Position numbers and translations under genes: made by a program
Notes under the pieces: generated by a model
The model's database searches: none
Told to the model about the DNA's origin: nothing
Seen by the model: the letters and a program-made list of their open reading frames with translations, nothing else
Assembly: GCF_009914755.1 (NCBI RefSeq)
Contig: NC_060931.1
Length of the DNA: 64,000 nucleotides
Origin: the human T2T-CHM13v2.0 reference genome, Homo sapiens
Direction: 5' to 3' (one strand)
Shown here: piece after piece, positions 52,563 through 64,000 of the stretch
Layout: every line of letters begins with the position of its first letter
Position numbering within the stretch: position 1 is the stretch's first letter

Positions 52563-52601
52563 CTAGGCTAAGCTACGATGCTTATATGATGTTAGGTATA
52601 T

Positions 52602-52963
52602 TATATTAGTCTGTTTTCACACTGCTCTTAAGAAATACCCAAGACTGGGTAATTTATAAAGGAAAGAGGTTTAATGGACTCACAGTTCCACATGGCTTGG
52701 AAGAAACTTATAATCATGGTGGAAAGGTGAAAGGGAAGCAAGCACCTTTGTCACAGGGTGGCAGGAGAGACAGAACAGGGGAAACTGCCAAACACTGTTA
52801 AAACTTCAGATCTCGTGAGGACTCACTATCACCAGAACAGCATGGGAGAAACCACCAGCATGATCCATTCACCGCCCACCAGGTTCCTACTTGATACGTG
52901 GGGATTATGGGGATTACAATTTGAGATGAGATTTGGGTGGGGACACAGAGCAAAACCATATCA
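52602..52963 (-). mobile_element. MSTA-like solo LTR
   Basis: tatattagtc...ccatatca; 5-bp TSD TATAT (52597-52601 / 52964-52968). Confidence 0.88.
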
Positions 52964-52995
52964 TATATTAAATGCATTTTTGACATGATATTTTC

Positions 52996-53345
52996 TTTTT
53001 TTAATTTTAATTTTTAAATAGAATTCATTTTATTTGGAGCAGTTCTAGGTTCACAGCAAAATTGTGCAGAACATATATAGAGTTCCCATATACTCCCTAC
53101 CCCCACATATGCACAGTCCCCCCACCATCAAAACCTTATACCAGAGTGGTACGTTTATTATAATTGATGGACCTACACTGACACATAATTATCACCCCAA
53201 ATCCAGAGTTTTCATTAGAGTTCACTCTTGGTGTTATACATTCTGTGGGTTTTGATAACTGTATAATGACAGGTATTCACCTTTATAGTATCACACAGAA
53301 TAATTTCACTGCTTTAAAAATCCTCTGTGTTCCACCAACTCATCC
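52996..53345 (-). mobile_element. L1MC-class 3' end with T-rich tail
   Basis: 'gagcagttctaggttcacagcaaaattg...tacattctgtgggttttga'. Confidence 0.75.
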
Positions 53346-53349
53346 AGAT

Positions 53350-53445
53350 TTTTTTAGGGTGATTTTATGAATCAAATGAGATATAGGTAAAGTATTTAGC
53401 ACTAGGCGTGGCACACAGAAAGTGCCCACTAACAATAGCCAACAT
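53350..53445 (+). mobile_element. MIR 3' fragment
   Basis: 'aaatgagatataggtaaagtatttagcactaggcgtggcacacagaaagtgc'. Confidence 0.65.
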
Positions 53446-53534
53446 TAGCATTAATCATCAGCTTGAGTTGACTGGTAAGAGCTAAAAGTAAATGGTTGCA
53501 ACAGAAATGAAGAAACAGATGCAAACGGTATTTT

Positions 53535-53537
<3 letters not shown>

Positions 53538-53565
<28 letters not shown>
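53538..53565. repeat. (TG)14 microsatellite
   Basis: Direct reading. Confidence 0.95.
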
Positions 53566-53569
<4 letters not shown>

Positions 53570-53698
53570 AAAAAGGTAATGTATGTAAATACACAAACAG
53601 ATATAAAGAAAAAGAGGTAACACAGAAAACACTAGGACAAAGTTACTGAATACATGTGGGAGAGAGAGAAAAAAAGCTAAGTGCAAAGAATCAAGCCT

Positions 53699-53890
53699 TG
53701 TATGTTAGTTTTTACTCAATGAGATGCAACCCAAATGTGATTAGATACGCAAGATAATTTATTAGGGAAAACGCTTGTGAGGGAAAAGTAGGTAGGCACA
53801 GGAAGAGCCCGGGAGAGCCCTCAGACCATCATGCAGATCCGATTTCTGTGAAAGAGAAAGAGAAAGAAGTTCTGGACAGTGGTGCTGTGT
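53699..53890 (-). mobile_element. Old ERVL LTR fragment (LTR16/33/41-like), truncated
   Basis: 'gcaagataatttattaggg...cagaccatcatgcagatccgatttctgtgaaagaga'. Confidence 0.5.
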
Positions 53891-55621
53891 TTTGTTGTTG
53901 TTTTTGTTTTTCAATTTCTGGGATACATGTGCAGAAGGTGCAGGTTTGTTACATAGGTATACATGTGCCATGGTGGTTTGCTGCACTCATCAACCCCCCA
54001 TCTACATTTGGTATTTCTCCTAATGCTATCCCTCCCCTAGCACCCCACCCCCGACAGACCCCAGTGTGTGATGTTTCCCTCCCTGTGTCCATGTATTCTC
54101 ATTGTTTAACTCCCAATTATGAGTGAGAACATGCGGTGTTTGATTTTCTGTTCCTGTGTTAGTTTTCTGAGAATGATGATTTCCAGCTTCATCCATGTCC
54201 CTGCAAAGGACATAAACTCATCCTTTTTCGTGGCTGCATAGTATTCCATGGTGTATATGGGCCATATTTTCTTTATCCAGTCTATCATTGATGGGCATTT
54301 GGGTTGGTTTCAAGTCTTTGCTATTGTGAACAGTGCTGCAATAAACATATGTGTGCATGTGTGTTTATAGTAGAATGATTTCTAATCCTTTGAGTATATA
54401 CCTAGTAGTGGGATTACTGGGTCAAATGGTATTTCTGGTTCTAGATCGTTGAGGAATTGCCACATTGTCTTCCACAGTGGTTGAACTAATTTACACTCCC
54501 ACCAATATTGTAAAAGTGTTCCTATTTCTCCACATCCTCTCCAGCATCTGTTGCTTCCTGACTATTTAATGATCGCCATTCTAACTGGCATGAGATGGTA
54601 TCCCATTGTGGTTTTGATTTGCATTTCTGTAATGACCAGTGATGATTATCTTTTTTTATATGTTTGTTGGCCACATAAATGTCCTCTTTTGAGAAGTGTC
54701 TGTTCATATCCTTCATCCACTTTTTGATGTGGTTGTTTGTTTTTTTCTAGTAAATTCGTTTAAGTTCCTTGTAGATTCTGGATATCAGCCATTTGTCAGA
54801 TGGATAGACTGCAGAAATTTTATCCCATTCTGTAAAATTATGTAAATGCACACATATCTATCTGAAAAGAACTATCTGATTATAGTTTCTTTTGCTGTGC
54901 AGAAGCTGTTTCATTTCATTAGATCCCATTTGTCAATTTTGGCTTCTGTTGCCATTGCTTTTGGTGTTTTAGTCGTGAAGGCTTTGTCCATGCCTATGTT
55001 CTGAATGGTATTGCCTAGGTTTTCTTCTAGGGCTTTTATGGTTTTAGGTCTTATGTTTAAGTCTTTAATCCATCTTGAGTTAATTTTTGTATAAGGTGTA
55101 AGGAAGGGGTCCAGTTTCAGTTTTCTGCATATGACCAGCCAGCTTTCCCAACACCATATATTAAATAGGGAATCCTTTCCCCATTCCTTGTTTTTGTCAG
55201 GTTTGTCAAAGATCAGATGGTTGTAGATGTGTGGCATTATTTCCGAGGCCTCTGTTGTGTTCCATTGGTCTATATATGCTGTTTTGGTTACTGTAGCCTT
55301 GTAGTATAGTTTGAAGTCAGGTAGTGTGATGCCTCTAGCTTTGTTATTTTTGCTTAGAATTGTCTGGGCTATAGGGGCTCTTTTTGGTTCCATATGAAAT
55401 TTAAAGTGTTTTTTTCTAATTCTGTGAAGAAAGTCAGCGGTAGCTTGATGGAGATAACACTGAATCTATAAATTACTTTGGGCAGTATGGCCATTTTCAT
55501 GATATTGATTCTTCCTATCCGTGAGCATGGAATGTTTTTCCATTTGTTTGTGTCTTCTCTTATTTTCTTGAGCAGTAGTTTGTAATTATCCTTGAAGAGG
55601 TCCTTCACTTCCCTTGTAAGT
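53891..55621 (-). mobile_element. 5'-truncated L1PA7-like element
   Basis: 3'UTR 'ctgggatacatgtgcaga...gccatggtggtttgctgcac'; ORF2 remnants; possible TSD tgtgtttt/tgagtttt. Confidence 0.9.
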
Positions 55622-55634
55622 GAGTTTTAAAAGA

Positions 55635-57366
55635 TAATTTCAACTTTTATTTTAGATTCAGGGAGGGCACGTGGATGTCTGTTACATGGGTATATTGCAT
55701 GAAGCTGAAGTTTGAGATAAAAATGATCCTGTCACCCAGGTAGTGAGCATAGTACTCAATAGTTTTTCAACTCTTGTCCCTGATCTTCTCTCCGTGTTCT
55801 AGTAGTCTCCAATGTCTATTGTTGCCATGTTTGTCCATGGGTACCCAATGTTTAGCTCTTACTTATAAGTGAGAACATGTGGTATTTGGTTTTCTGTTCC
55901 TCAGTTAATTTAGTTAGGACAATGACCTCCAGCTACATATATATTGCTGCAAATGACATGATTTCATTCTTTTTATCACTGCATAGTATTCCTTGGCATA
56001 TATATATATAACACATTTTCTTGATCCAATCCACCACAGATGGGCACCTAGGTTGATTCCATGTCTTGGCTAGTGTGAATAGTGCTACAACGAACATATG
56101 AGTGCAGGTGTCTTTTTGGTAGAATCATTTATTTTCTTTTGGATATATACCCAGTAATGAGATTGCTGGGTTGAATGGTATTCTGTTTTAAGTTCTTTGA
56201 GAAATCTCCAAGCTGCTTTCCACAGTGGATGAACTAATTTACATTCCCACCAGCAGTGTATAAGCAAGCATTCCCTTTTCTCTGCAGCCTCACCAGCATC
56301 TGTTGCTTTTTGACTTTTTAATTATAGCCATTCTGATTGGTGTGAAATAGTATCTCACTGTGGTTTTGATTTGCATTTCTCTGATGATTAGTGATGTTGA
56401 GTATTTTTTCATGTTTGTTGGCAGCTTATATGGTTTCTTTTGAGAAGTGTTTGTTCATGTCTTTTGCTTGTTAAATAGTTTTGTTTTTTACTTGTTAAAT
56501 TGTTTTGTTTCCTTATGTGTTCAAAATATTAGACCTTTGTCAGATGCATAGTTTGTAAATATTTTCTCCCATCCTGTATGTTGTCTATTTACTCCCATCC
56601 TGTAGGTTGATAGTTTCTTTTGCTAGGCAGAAGCTCTTTAGTTTAATTAGGTCCCACTTGATAATTTTTGCTTTTGTTGCCATCACCTTTGAGGACTGAG
56701 TCATAAATTCTTTCCCAAGGCCGATGTTTCCTAGATTTCCTTCTAGGATTCTTATAGTTTGAAATTTTACATTGACATTACTTAGCAATGAGGGAGAGCA
56801 CAATTCCAGCACCTACTGCTGAGGTATTTTCCACAGTTCTGGCTGTGGAGGCTCCTACTTCACTCCAGAGCAGGCATGCCAATCTCTGGCATGAGACTAA
56901 AATGCCTCCATGGCCATGCTGCTGGGTCTCCAAAGAATGACTGACTTTGTATGCACCTGGATTAAAAATGGCCTCCTGCTCTTGGTCCCAAGTCTGGGAA
57001 AATGTCTGCAGCTTTTCCAAGTGCCTTTCTCTTTCAGCGCCTCCAAGCCTCTCTCCAAGGCAGTTCCAGTGCTCAGGAGAAACAAAATGCTCTTCCTTGG
57101 TCTAGGTTGCTCAGATCTTCAGTGGAAATGTGAGTCACAGAGGGAGACTCTCTGTCCCTCTCACCTACCCGGGCTTCAATCACGTTTATCAGCCAGATGC
57201 TACCACGGGAGCTGTCTGCCAACAACCCCGGGAACTGGGGTGTCCTTCATGGTTCTGGTTGATTCCTTTTTTCCTTCTTGAATTAAAGCTCACATAGTTG
57301 ATCTTTATGTACTATCCTGCTACCTCCAAGTGGCTGAGGCAAGCTACCTCTAATCTGCCATCTTGG
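55635..57366 (-). mobile_element. L1PA13-16-like element with the 5'UTR (~56780-57366) joined to the 3' end of ORF2 and 3'UTR
   Basis: 3' end 'tttcaacttttattttagattcaggg'; 5' start ccaagatggc (plus strand gccatcttgg at 57357-57366). Confidence 0.8.
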
Positions 57367-57854
57367 GAGTGCGTAGTGGGGGGAACTATATTTTTAATTT
57401 ATGGTGGGTTTATGGTGAACTTAACCTCATCATAAGTTGAGGAGCACATGTACATCACTTGTGACAACAAGTAGCTGACAAGTGAAAGAAACACATGGCA
57501 AAGTACCACCTTGATAAATATCTTTACATCCTTTGACTTGGCTGCTACTTGCTTTTTGATATCTTTATCATTATGAGAGATGTGTATAACAGAAAGAATT
57601 ACAGATGATGACTTCTTAAAGTGATTAGTTACTAAATATAAATTATATTTATATTTATTAATCTATACTCTTATCTACTCACCTTGTTTTAGGGGCTCAT
57701 ATACTTTCCTGGAAAACTATATATAAATAGTATAAATGGCTATTTTTTCAAACATTTTAGCTCTAGAAGGATTTATTCAAGTTTATCCATTGAATCTGCC
57801 CATCCATATCTGTTTTACTTCTTTAGTCCTACTAATTATCCAGTTTATTATTAC

Positions 57855-58250
57855 CTTGATTATTGAATCAATGCAATCTGACAAATATTTCCATTTTCCC
57901 CTTCTGGGAGCAAGGTGGGAGTATATCTCCTGGCCATTTTATGGAGGGGATAAGGCCACAAGTCTACGTTTGATCCATAAGGTGTTAGGAAACATGATGT
58001 GGGTAATTTCAAGTCTGGAATAGTTAATTGCCCACATGAGATTCACTGGAATTCTCTTTCCTTCTTGCACATTGAATGACAAAATTCGAGTTAACGGCCA
58101 CTGTGTCATCTTGGACCCTTGAATAAATACAGAAACAGAGCTCTGCAACCCCTGCAAATAATTTGGAACATGACAGAGAATAATTCTTTGTGGATTTAAG
58201 TCATTGTTATTTTGGGGCTGTTTGTTACCTTGGTGTAACGCTTCCTAACA
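57855..58250 (+). mobile_element. MLT1-class MaLR LTR
   Basis: 3' end 'tttaagtcattgttattttggggctgtttgttacc'. Confidence 0.6.
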
Positions 58251-59676
58251 TGTTTAAAACATTCACTAATGTGTCTTTTCAAATACAGTTGTTCCACTTC
58301 CAAATTATTCTTCAGAAAGGAACCACATTTTTGTTTGTTTCTATTTGTGAAACAGTAACTGTTGTATTGCATAAAAATGACAGAAAGATGCCATCATAAA
58401 GTAAATAAAATTTTAAAATTTGTCTTACATTTATTCCGTACAGTGAGTTCTTTGCCAAAAATAAAATCTGAGTTTAGTAATTAAAATGCTAGTCTCATCA
58501 AAGCTCTGAATCTAATTTAAAGTTGAGATTACTTCCCTGCCTTAGCTATTGGCTGATGCAAGAATAAAGCCCATGAAAAAGAAAGGGAAGGGACAACTTC
58601 TTCACTCATTTCTCACCTAGGACTTCTTTTCTCCTGCTCTATCTTGGCTATCCATATTCTCTGACTCCTCCAATTCAGAACAAGCAGTAGAAGAGGTAAG
58701 GAGAGAAGGGATAGTTCTTCCTTGAGTGGTACCATGGTAGATGACTCCCACTAGTATTTTCTACTTTTTCCATATTTTAAAATTCATTTTCTGATGGGCC
58801 CGTGCTTTCATTTTTTCATTTTTCATTTTTTCATTTTTCTGAGATTTCTCCCTATCCTTTACACCCAACCAGTCCGCTGACATAGTCAAGTGCATGTTTT
58901 GAGTTTATCCTTATCCCCTAGGCATCTGCCAATTTAATTCTCATTTCCTCTGCTGAGGTCCCCTTGCCCTTCCTGAAAGATCTAAGACAGTCACAGAGCA
59001 GCTCATGCTCTCCTCTTCTCTTCTCCTCTTCCAATCTCTCTCTCTAGCCCACATGCTGAATTTCACCCTGGCAAACTCAGGGTCCACAACACTTCCCGAA
59101 CTGCAATCCCCTACTCTACTATCAATAGCTCCCCAACCTTTACTTGCTCATATGTGACTCATACTTGATGACCTACAAAGCAGTGGATACTAAGACCTCC
59201 AAGCGAGACATTAAACCTCCTCTTTTGACTTTGGTTTAGGAGGGGTTACCCCACTGGGAGCGATGAAGTGGACCTGACAGCATATCTCCCTCCAGAGACA
59301 CCTCTTAAAAACCTTTCCCCTCTCCCCATGGGCGCTCTTCCATATTTTTGGTTTGATAGAGTGCTTTAACAGTCCTCAAACTGGTTCTGCATTAGCATCT
59401 CTCTTTGCAATGTGCCTCAGCTGAAACTTCCATTAGAATCATTTGCAAACAGAAATCAAGTCTTGCCAACTCCACCTGTCTCCTATACCCTCACCACCAG
59501 CCCCCGCACACATTCTGATAAAAAGCCTTCAGAGACTTCATTTGAATTTAGGATTAAAATCTAATTAAATCCTACATGATCTAAATTCTGCCTGTCTTAA
59601 CAACCCTTTGGTATGATAATAAGAGCTAGTCGCATGAGTCTCCTGTTTCTCTTATGAAAGAACTCTCTTGCCGTAC

Positions 59677-59890
59677 AGCAGGGTTTCTCAATCTCAATAC
59701 TATTTACATTGATTGGGCAGATACCTCTTTGTTATAAGGCACTGTCCTGTGCATTGTAGGATGTTTAGCAGTATTCCTGGCCTCTATCAACTATATGTGA
59801 TTACTACCCCCAACCTTGTCGTGACAATCAAAAATGCCTCCAGATATTGCCGAATGTCTCCTGAGGAGGGCACAGATTGTCCGTCTGTTG
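59677..59890. mobile_element. MER20 hAT MITE
   Basis: 'tttctcaatctc...ctgtcctgtgcattgtaggatgtttagcag...gtgacaatcaaaaatgcctccagatattgcc'. Confidence 0.85.
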
Positions 59891-60329
59891 CCTTAGAAAC
59901 TTCATATGTGATATTCCCTCTGTCTCAAAGTCTATCTTGCTCATTCTCTACCTAAAAATTTCCTACTCATCTTTATCCCTGAATGAGTTTCCAAAACTAA
60001 GTCAGTTCTTCTGGTGATAAAGCATCTCAACATTACTTTTCCTTTGTAGCTACACAGGTGGTTTACAACCTCCCTCTCTCCGCCTCCCACAGAGATACTT
60101 TTGGAGCATTGGTTTATGGCATATGCCACATACCCAGGCCACTACAACAGGATGAGGCCTTTATAATGCAACTGAAGGCTGAGGAAACACCCAGACCTCG
60201 TTGGAGAAGCTTCCAGGCAGTGTAACAGTTTTAATTTTCTCTTTTCTCTTTTAGATATGTCATTGGCTGAATCAAAAGCCTTTGCTGATGTTTCTTTTGT
60301 GAGTAGAATGGATGAAACTGAGTGAGAGA

Positions 60330-60480
60330 TAATAATAAGAGCTAAGAGGTATTGAACATGTACTATGTGCTTTACATAAAATAATACATTCAGTCCTCAC
60401 AATGAATTAGCACTAGCTAGCTTCATCTGACAAAAGACAAAATCACAATTCAGAGAGAATAAAGTATTCATTTCAGATCA
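60330..60480 (-). mobile_element. MIR fragment
   Basis: 'aataataataagagctaa...tattgaacatgtactatgtgc...cattcagtcctcacaa'. Confidence 0.55.
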
Positions 60481-60489
60481 GGTATTGGC

Positions 60490-60865
60490 TTCATAGATCT
60501 GCCTTGATTCTTCATAACTGCTGTTCCCTCTGCTGGGAAGTTTCTTCCCCCTATTAACCACATGCCTTTCCTCCTCACCTTCCAGGTCTCTCTTCAAATG
60601 TCACCTTCTCAGGTAGGATTTCTTGAGTGCTCTATTTAAAATTATAAATAGATGCCTCACGCTGGCATTTCCTGCTTTGCTTTCTTCGATAGCACTTCCT
60701 GCCATCTGAAATGCTGCTGTTTTACTTTGATTGCCTCTCTCCTCTGAAAGACTGGAAGTTCTTCGAGGGCAGTGATTTTCTTGCAAGGCTAAATCCTCAG
60801 TACCTGAAACATGCTTCACACTTGGTGAGTTCACCATAAACATTTGTTGAATAAAGGATGAGTAA
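60490..60865 (+). mobile_element. L2 3' fragment
   Basis: 'ctgttccctctgctggga...caaatgtcaccttctcag...taaacatttgttgaat'. Confidence 0.7.
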
Positions 60866-63359
60866 ATTTCAATCCTCTACATGAAGGTCTTAGTATTTGA
60901 ACTAGGCATACAGTCTTGGGGTGAAATGTTGGTTCAAACTTGTTTCAAGAATGCTTTCATTTTAGTTTTCTAGAAACAAGAATACTGACCATGCAAATTG
61001 TATACAGGTAATCCAGGGTACATACAGATAATCCAGGGTAAAAGAGACTAGAAGTGACTCTCTCCTGCCTCCATAGTTAATTTCTAGAGAGGAAGGCCCT
61101 GAGGCAGAAAGCAGGTAGACAATCAGCTTGCACTTGTGTTGGTGGCCTGTCAGCCAGGGTTGAGTTTGACCTGGCCCGAGGCACCCACAGCAGCTGTGGC
61201 CAAAATCAGACTGGGCCAAGAGAATTTTTCATGGTTCACCAAGATCACCTGCTGTGATAATCTACCCTGGTAACATTTTATATTTCTGAAAATTCGCCTT
61301 AATTTATATAAGTAACCTAAATCCATCATGCTGTTTTTAAAATACATTTTCTATCCTTCTTGTCTCAGAAATTATAGAAACAGATGTATACTCTCATCAC
61401 AAAAATAACCTTACATCAGATGAAAATTTTACTAGGTCATGCCCCCAAAATTAACAAAGTTACTAACTATGCAATTTTTCATTTTATATTAAATCATACG
61501 AATAATTTTCCTATCTCCCTAAACCCATTAAAAGTCCAGTACTTTATAGCAGAGATGACATTGAATGATTCACAAATTAATGAAACCATTGTTACAGTGC
61601 TTTAAATTTTAGGAACTAGAATTATAAAAACCTTATAAAACCATGACTCCCCCCAGCCCCTTCAGTAGCACATGTGTTGCCTGTTTGAATACTAAACGTG
61701 TGAGAAGCCATTTTATGAACACTTTGCACTAAATAACTTTTCTAGGATGAATAAGGGTGCCTAGATATTTCCACAGAGGCAGATTAGTGACATTCAAATT
61801 GTAATCTTGTTCCTCGAAGCAGAAGTAAGCTTTTCTATAAAGGACCCAACTTGAAAGGGAAATTTTGCTGACAGTGAGAGTTTGAGTTTCAGTCCCTAAA
61901 GCCAGGGGCAAGTTTTTCAAGAGACCCATACTGCAAGGCCACATTGTGGACTATGTAACTTCAGCTAATTTCTTGGAAATGTGAGTATAATTGTCTCTGC
62001 ATTTTATATATTTAAGTGATATGATGTGACAGCATCTGGGTTATAGGATGGGGGGTTCTGAACCATGAGAACCCCTAAATTTGAGACCGTTTTGTGTCAG
62101 GATATTCTGAGCTCTGTCTCAAGGGATTTTTTCCTCTGACCCACAGTGCAGAATTGTTTCCTGATTAGGCTGTTTCAAAGCTAAAAGGGACAAAAATAGG
62201 GCTGAGCAGCCAGCCAGCCAAATGTACCTTTTATAAATCTATCTCTAAACTTGTAGAGAACTCTAACAATGGTTTCATTAATTTAACAATCACTCAATGT
62301 CATATCTATTATAATGTACTAAGCTCTTAAGAGAGAAAGAAAAAAGAAAATTGTTTTATTCCCGTGATTTAATTTAAAATGAAAAATTGCATTGATGGTA
62401 GTCTTGTTAAACTTTTTTTGATTTGCTTTATGATTTAAAGTATGGACTTTCTTTTCTTGAGGGCCATGCTTCTGTCTTCTATTTTAAAACTTCTAAATAA
62501 TCATTCTTAACTTCTAGGACAGGTATGAAAACACTTGATAAGTGATTTTAATAAAAACATATACTGTGTACTTGTAACTTGGTAACAAACGCAGCCAAAA
62601 AGGTTGCATATTGAAACAGTGTATATCCAAACCGTATACCTAGCTTGGCCCCCAAGATGCCTGTGGGAACAATGAAATACCCTGACTGATCCCCATTGCT
62701 CACCATGTAGCTTACTTTGGCTAGATCACTTTCCTGGGTCCCTGGGATCTTCCTGGGATTCTTGCCAAATCCAGTTTCCAGTTCCCAGGGTAGGTTATAC
62801 TCCTTTTGCACAGTTCTTCACAGCCGTGGTTTGGGATTGTCCCATCAAAGACTCTTTGTGGACAATATAATACTCTCCCTTTCTCAGAGAGCTCCTTTGA
62901 TAATGTCCTAAAACTTCTGTCTTTCTAATCCACAAAGGATTTTTCCTAGGTTCAGAATTTTCTGGATCTGCTAGCCTACTAAAATCCCCCTGTGATTCTG
63001 GAGTATAGTAGAAACATCAGAGTTACTTAGTCAGACATTCTTGAAATAGATTAGACTTTACCAGGGGTGACTGAGCCAAAATTGTTACATTTCGTAACCA
63101 TGAAAATGAAAGACTTCCACTGAAAGCAGGACATATTGGAAGACAAATGCATTTGATTCTAGGCTCATGGGGTCCCTTTTTTCTGCTACTAATTTTGAAG
63201 TTGACCTCTTTACGAACATTGATTCTCTTTTGAGATCCAGTCATTTCAAGGGGAAGAGAAGATGATATTCTAATCCATTTGCCCACATAAACAGAGTCAA
63301 AAAGCACGATAATATTAATTTCTTGGTTTTGAATATTCATTTTTAGTTTGAAAAGTGTA

Positions 63360-63490
63360 TCATGATTATGTAAGATGCTAACTTTAGGGAAAAGTAGATA
63401 AAATGGATTCAGTTTATCTATGGAACATCTTTGTAAACTTTCTGTAAATCTAAAGTTATTCCAAAATAAAAAATTTATTTAAAAAATTTG
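63360..63490 (+). mobile_element. Old L1M 3' terminal fragment
   Basis: 'aactttctgtaaatctaaagttattccaaaataaaa'. Confidence 0.55.
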
Positions 63491-64000
63491 TGGATGATAG
63501 AAGGGGACCTCAGTGATTCAAAAAGTCACTTAAATCCCAGAGAATGATACAATCAATATTTGTAGAGGATAGAAAATGATCCAACACCTCTCCTAGCTAC
63601 ATTGATAATTAATTTGCATTAGAGACTGACATCAAATGCCTCAGCCTATATATGTTTCTGTGTAAAACACTCAGAATTAGAAGGAGGTCTGCAGCAGGAC
63701 ATATACTGAAAACTTAAAATTCAAAATGTGCAGAAAGTCCCTTATTTTAAATCAACAGTGTACTTAAAAATATTTACCTACTCATTTTCTTCAGGCTTCC
63801 TTTATACTAGATGATTATGCAAATAGAATTTAAAAGGGAAAAAACAATCTATGTTTTTGCTCTTGTCCATTATAAATATTTACGCATTTTGGTGAAGCAG
63901 GAAAGTGGTTGTTAGCAAAACTGATTTGGATGGATAGGAGGAAATTTTGATTAAAAATAAAGTAAAGCATAATGAGATTGGGGAAAATGTCATCTGAGGA

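Larger units (their letters stand above)
51902..57450 (-). mobile_element. MER47/Tigger5-derived MITE split into four pieces (51902-52199, 52563-52601, 52964-52995, 57388-57450)
   Basis: Colinear MER47 sequence: 'gcccaactgtaggctaatgtaagtgttctgagcatgtttaagg...ctaggctaagcta...taaatgcatttt...gatattttc...tgggtttat...cataagttgaggagca'. Confidence 0.8.

Noticed and set aside
58470-59560. Pyrimidine-rich, LTR-like stretch (also 36270-36550 and 62540-62980)
   Set aside because: Possibly ancient repeats, but I cannot assign a family or boundaries from sequence alone
61003-61042. 20-bp tandem duplication (tacag(g/a)taatccagggta)
   Set aside because: Ordinary slippage duplication; two copies only, not an array

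Overview
AT-rich, CpG-poor primate genomic DNA, most likely human: it carries AluY and L1PA2-like elements, and the peptide matches human DGKB as I recall it. The window lies inside the diacylglycerol kinase beta gene (DGKB, minus strand). Only two coding exons are present: 91 nt at 30265-30355 and 196 nt at 23468-23663. The ORF track misses both. They encode part of the C-terminal catalytic/accessory region (R|[30 protein letters not shown]|[65 protein letters not shown]|D). The rest is intron filled with transposon fossils: a young L1 whose ORF2 frame is broken only by a frame-compensated TAA-TAA, a twin-primed (5'-inverted) L1 carrying an AluY, six Alus, MaLR/ERVL LTRs, DNA-transposon MITEs, L2/MIR and microsatellites. 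I see no prokaryotic-type system, CRISPR array, tRNA, rRNA or CpG island. Top observations: (1) an apparent ancient L1 3' transduction nested in a split MER47; (2) an exon pair bracketed by inverted Alus and L1s whose back-spliced circle would carry a 96-codon ORF with overlapping start/stop; (3) a candidate TDP-43-type cryptic exon upstream of a (UG)26 tract; (4) the near-intact L1 ORF2; (5) an inverted ERVL pol fragment. Repeat subfamily names come from recalled consensus sequences, not from a database search, and boundaries of old repeats are approximate.
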